A stretch of 32,000 bases of DNA from a cyanobacterium endosymbiont of Epithemia turgida isolate EtSB Lake Yunoko. GTDB lineage: Bacteria > Cyanobacteriota > Cyanobacteriia > Cyanobacteriales > Microcystaceae. The DNA lies in NCBI RefSeq assembly GCF_000829235.1, contig NZ_AP012549.1:840001-872000 (forward strand), read 5' to 3'. The notes under the pieces are model-generated. The model ran no database searches, had not been told where the DNA came from, and saw nothing but the letters and a program-made list of their open reading frames with translations. Both the position numbers and the translations under genes were made by a program. This document shows positions 29,032 through 32,000 of the stretch, piece by piece (position 1 is the stretch's first letter; the number at the start of each line of letters is the position of its first letter).

Positions 29032-30183
29032 ATGCATATTGCTTGGCTAGGAAAAAAATCACCTTTTTGTGGAAATGTTACCTATGGTAGAGAAGTGACT
29101 AATGCCCTTCTAGATCGAGGATATAACGTTAGTTTTCTTCATTTTGCTCAAGAGGAAGTCCATTCTTCTAATTGGCCTGATTGTCCAGAAGTTTTTCTTC
29201 CCTTTCTATATAAATCCCAAATTTATACGATTCCAACGCCAAGATCAAACAAAATTTTGATGCAGTCATTGGAAGATCTAAAACCTGATTTAGTTCATGC
29301 TTCTCTAACCCTTTCCCCTTTAGATTTTCGACTTCCTGAAATTTGTCAAGCTCTCAATTTGCCTCTAATAGCAACCTTCCATCCTGCCTTTGATAGTAAA
29401 CTTCGTAATCTTAAATCAAGTACTCAATTTTTGACTTATCAATTTTATGCACCATTTTTGGCTCACTATGATAAAGTCATAGTTTTTTCTGAGTTACAAC
29501 GAAATTTACTAACTAAACTAGGAGTTCCCACTGAAAAATTAGCGGTGATTCCCAATGGGGTACATACAGACAAATATTCTCCTGGTGTTTCTCACCTTAA
29601 ATCTAAGTTTTTTGCTAAACGTCTTTTTGTTTATGTAGGACGCATCGCTACCGAAAAAAATGTTGAAGCTTTACTCAAGGCTTGGAAACATACTAAAATG
29701 GGCTCGGAAAGTCAATTACTTATAGTGGGAGACGGTCCTTTAAAAACCTCGTTAGAACTATTTTACGGAGCCGAGTGTGGAATTCATTGGTTAGGTTTTG
29801 TCGCTGATGAACAACAACGCATCGACATCCTACGGGGAGCTGATATATTTATCCTACCCTCGTTAGTGGAGGGGTTGTCTCTGTCCCTTCTTGAAGCCAT
29901 GTCCTGTGGATTAGCTTGTGTAGCGACAGATGCGGGGGCAGACGGAGAAGTCTTAGCTGATGGAGCAGGAATTGTGCTTAATACCCAGGGCGTGACCACT
30001 CAATTGAAAACGTTGCTTCCCCTATTTCAAGATCATCCCGATATCACTAAACTTTTAGGGCAAAAAGCACGACAACGAGTTTTGGAAAAATATAACCTCA
30101 GTGATAACATTATCCATTTGGAGCAAGTATATACTCAAGTACTACAACAGTCGAGTTTTACTATCCTGGGTTCTTTATTTTAA
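29032..30183 (+). CDS. Family 4 (GT-B fold) glycosyltransferase
   Basis: The C-terminal half has the GT4 pattern VGRIATEKNV...L.IVGDGP...FILPSLVEGLSLSLLEAMSCGLACVATDAGADGEVL (E-x7-E region). Confidence 0.88.
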   Translation: MHIAWLGKKSPFCGNVTYGREVTNALLDRGYNVSFLHFAQEEVHSSNWPDCPEVFLPFLYKSQIYTIPTPRSNKILMQSLEDLKPDLVHASLTLSPLDFRLPEICQALNLPLIATFHPAFDSKLRNLKSSTQFLTYQFYAPFLAHYDKVIVFSELQRNLLTKLGVPTEKLAVIPNGVHTDKYSPGVSHLKSKFFAKRLFVYVGRIATEKNVEALLKAWKHTKMGSESQLLIVGDGPLKTSLELFYGAECGIHWLGFVADEQQRIDILRGADIFILPSLVEGLSLSLLEAMSCGLACVATDAGADGEVLADGAGIVLNTQGVTTQLKTLLPLFQDHPDITKLLGQKARQRVLEKYNLSDNIIHLEQVYTQVLQQSSFTILGSLF

Positions 30184-30336
30184 ATTTTGAATAAAGAGTA
30201 ACTGTCGTCTCAAATTGAGATCTTTATTTTCGGTGAATTACTCCGTTGAAATCTCTCCATAGAAAATTTGAAGCTATAATAGAACTATACATTCTAGTGT
30301 AATGTTACTCAAATTAGAATGAATTATTCTGAAGTT

Positions 30337-30384
30337 ATCGTCCATCGCTTTCTTTGTCCTCTTTCCAGAAAAGCGATGGACGAT
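30337..30384. repeat. Perfect 15-bp stem hairpin with an 18-nt loop
   Basis: atcgtccatcgcttt (30337-30351) and aaagcgatggacgat (30370-30384) are exact complements. Neither side has a U-tract. Confidence 0.9.
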
Positions 30385-31380
30385 TGTCTCAAGTATACTG
30401 GTATTACTAAAAGATCATAGAATTTAGAATAAAGACTATTATTGTTTATTGAGTTTTGTATATAGAGATGAACAATTATTTAGCAAAACATACAACATTA
30501 AAATAGTACATACTCCTATTGATTAATATTATTTTTAAAAATGAGTAGTTATTTTAAGTTCTGTTTTATTTATCCTGAATTTTACTTTATCAAAATTTCT
30601 TTACAAGAATACAGTTAAAGCAATTATATTATCAATTATAATGATAATATATAAAATGATTAATGTGCTATATTCATGATATGATACCTATTGGTCAACT
30701 TTAAACAATTGATACGGCAGATACATTTTTTTAAAAAAAATAAATAATTAGAGAAAAAAATATGTCAGCATCATTATAAATATTAATATCTTTTTAGATA
30801 AGCTGATTTAAACAAACTGATTATACTTCAATTTAATAGAGATTAAATTTAACAGGGCAGAAAAGCGGCAATTATTAAATATAAATCTGAGTTTATAAGA
30901 AATAACTTCATCGACCTTAATGAGAAAATTTAAATCACTACAAATAGGTAGTTTAAAAGTTTTAGGACAGGAGTTAGTAGAAAAAAATAGATTTTAGTTG
31001 ATATTTATAATAATATTTATCACGTTTTTCACCAAATATAATAAATTATATTTGGTTACTTTTACACATACTTTAATTAATGAAAATAAAAATATTTTTA
31101 GCTAATAAATTTAATGCTTACTTTTATAGCAAATATGGTCATAATGTGGTTAATTTAATTTAATAATTAACTGAAGCATAAAGCCGCACTGTTTTAAGTG
31201 TTACTTGCGATAATCGAATTTTGGATATGGCTGCCCGTATTATTAAGCTAGGATATGGATATCTAGCAACCTAAGCTGTTTACTTTCAATTGTAGTTAGT
31301 GTGTAGCTCGGTAAAGTGAGTAAAGGCAATAGAAGCTAAAAATTATCAAAAAAACGAAGTTTAATGTCTATCTTATAAAG

Positions 31381-32000
<620 letters not shown>

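Overview
AT-rich chromosomal segment of a unicellular cyanobacterium. The protein sequences look like the Cyanothece/Crocosphaera/Rippkaea group, but that placement is inference only. The intact genes are ordinary housekeeping genes. They include the 3' part of a high-affinity phosphate uptake operon (pstC-pstA-pstB-pstB), a polytopic membrane protein, and a 585-aa coiled-coil plus degenerate Hsp70/actin-fold protein. Next come radA and the divergently transcribed essential response regulator rpaB, a TrhO-type rhodanese, and a standalone tRNA-Ala(UGC). A lipoprotein plus hypothetical gene pair, a Ycf66-like membrane protein and a divergent 1977-aa TamB/TIC236-like envelope protein follow. The window ends with dnaK (DnaK2-like), an MFS transporter, a GT4 glycosyltransferase and the 3' part of serS. 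By my coordinates the intact genes cover only about 22 kb of the 32 kb. The rest is very AT-rich sequence, and it holds at least three recognisable gene corpses. These are a CobT-type phosphoribosyltransferase pseudogene, a 5'-truncated cbiD remnant and a Uma2/DUF820 nuclease pseudogene. In addition, the pstA N-terminus is split by an A9 homopolymer. Two independent cobalamin-pathway pseudogenes and the large decayed spacers point to ongoing reductive genome evolution, as seen in endosymbiont-like lineages (inference). I found no CRISPR array, rRNA, transposase, prophage, toxin-antitoxin or defence-island signature, and no convincing discrete novel multi-gene system. The best follow-up targets are the poly(A)-split pstA, the B12-pathway decay, the pseudo-ATPase Hsp70-like protein, and a few perfect long hairpins isolated in the AT-rich deserts.
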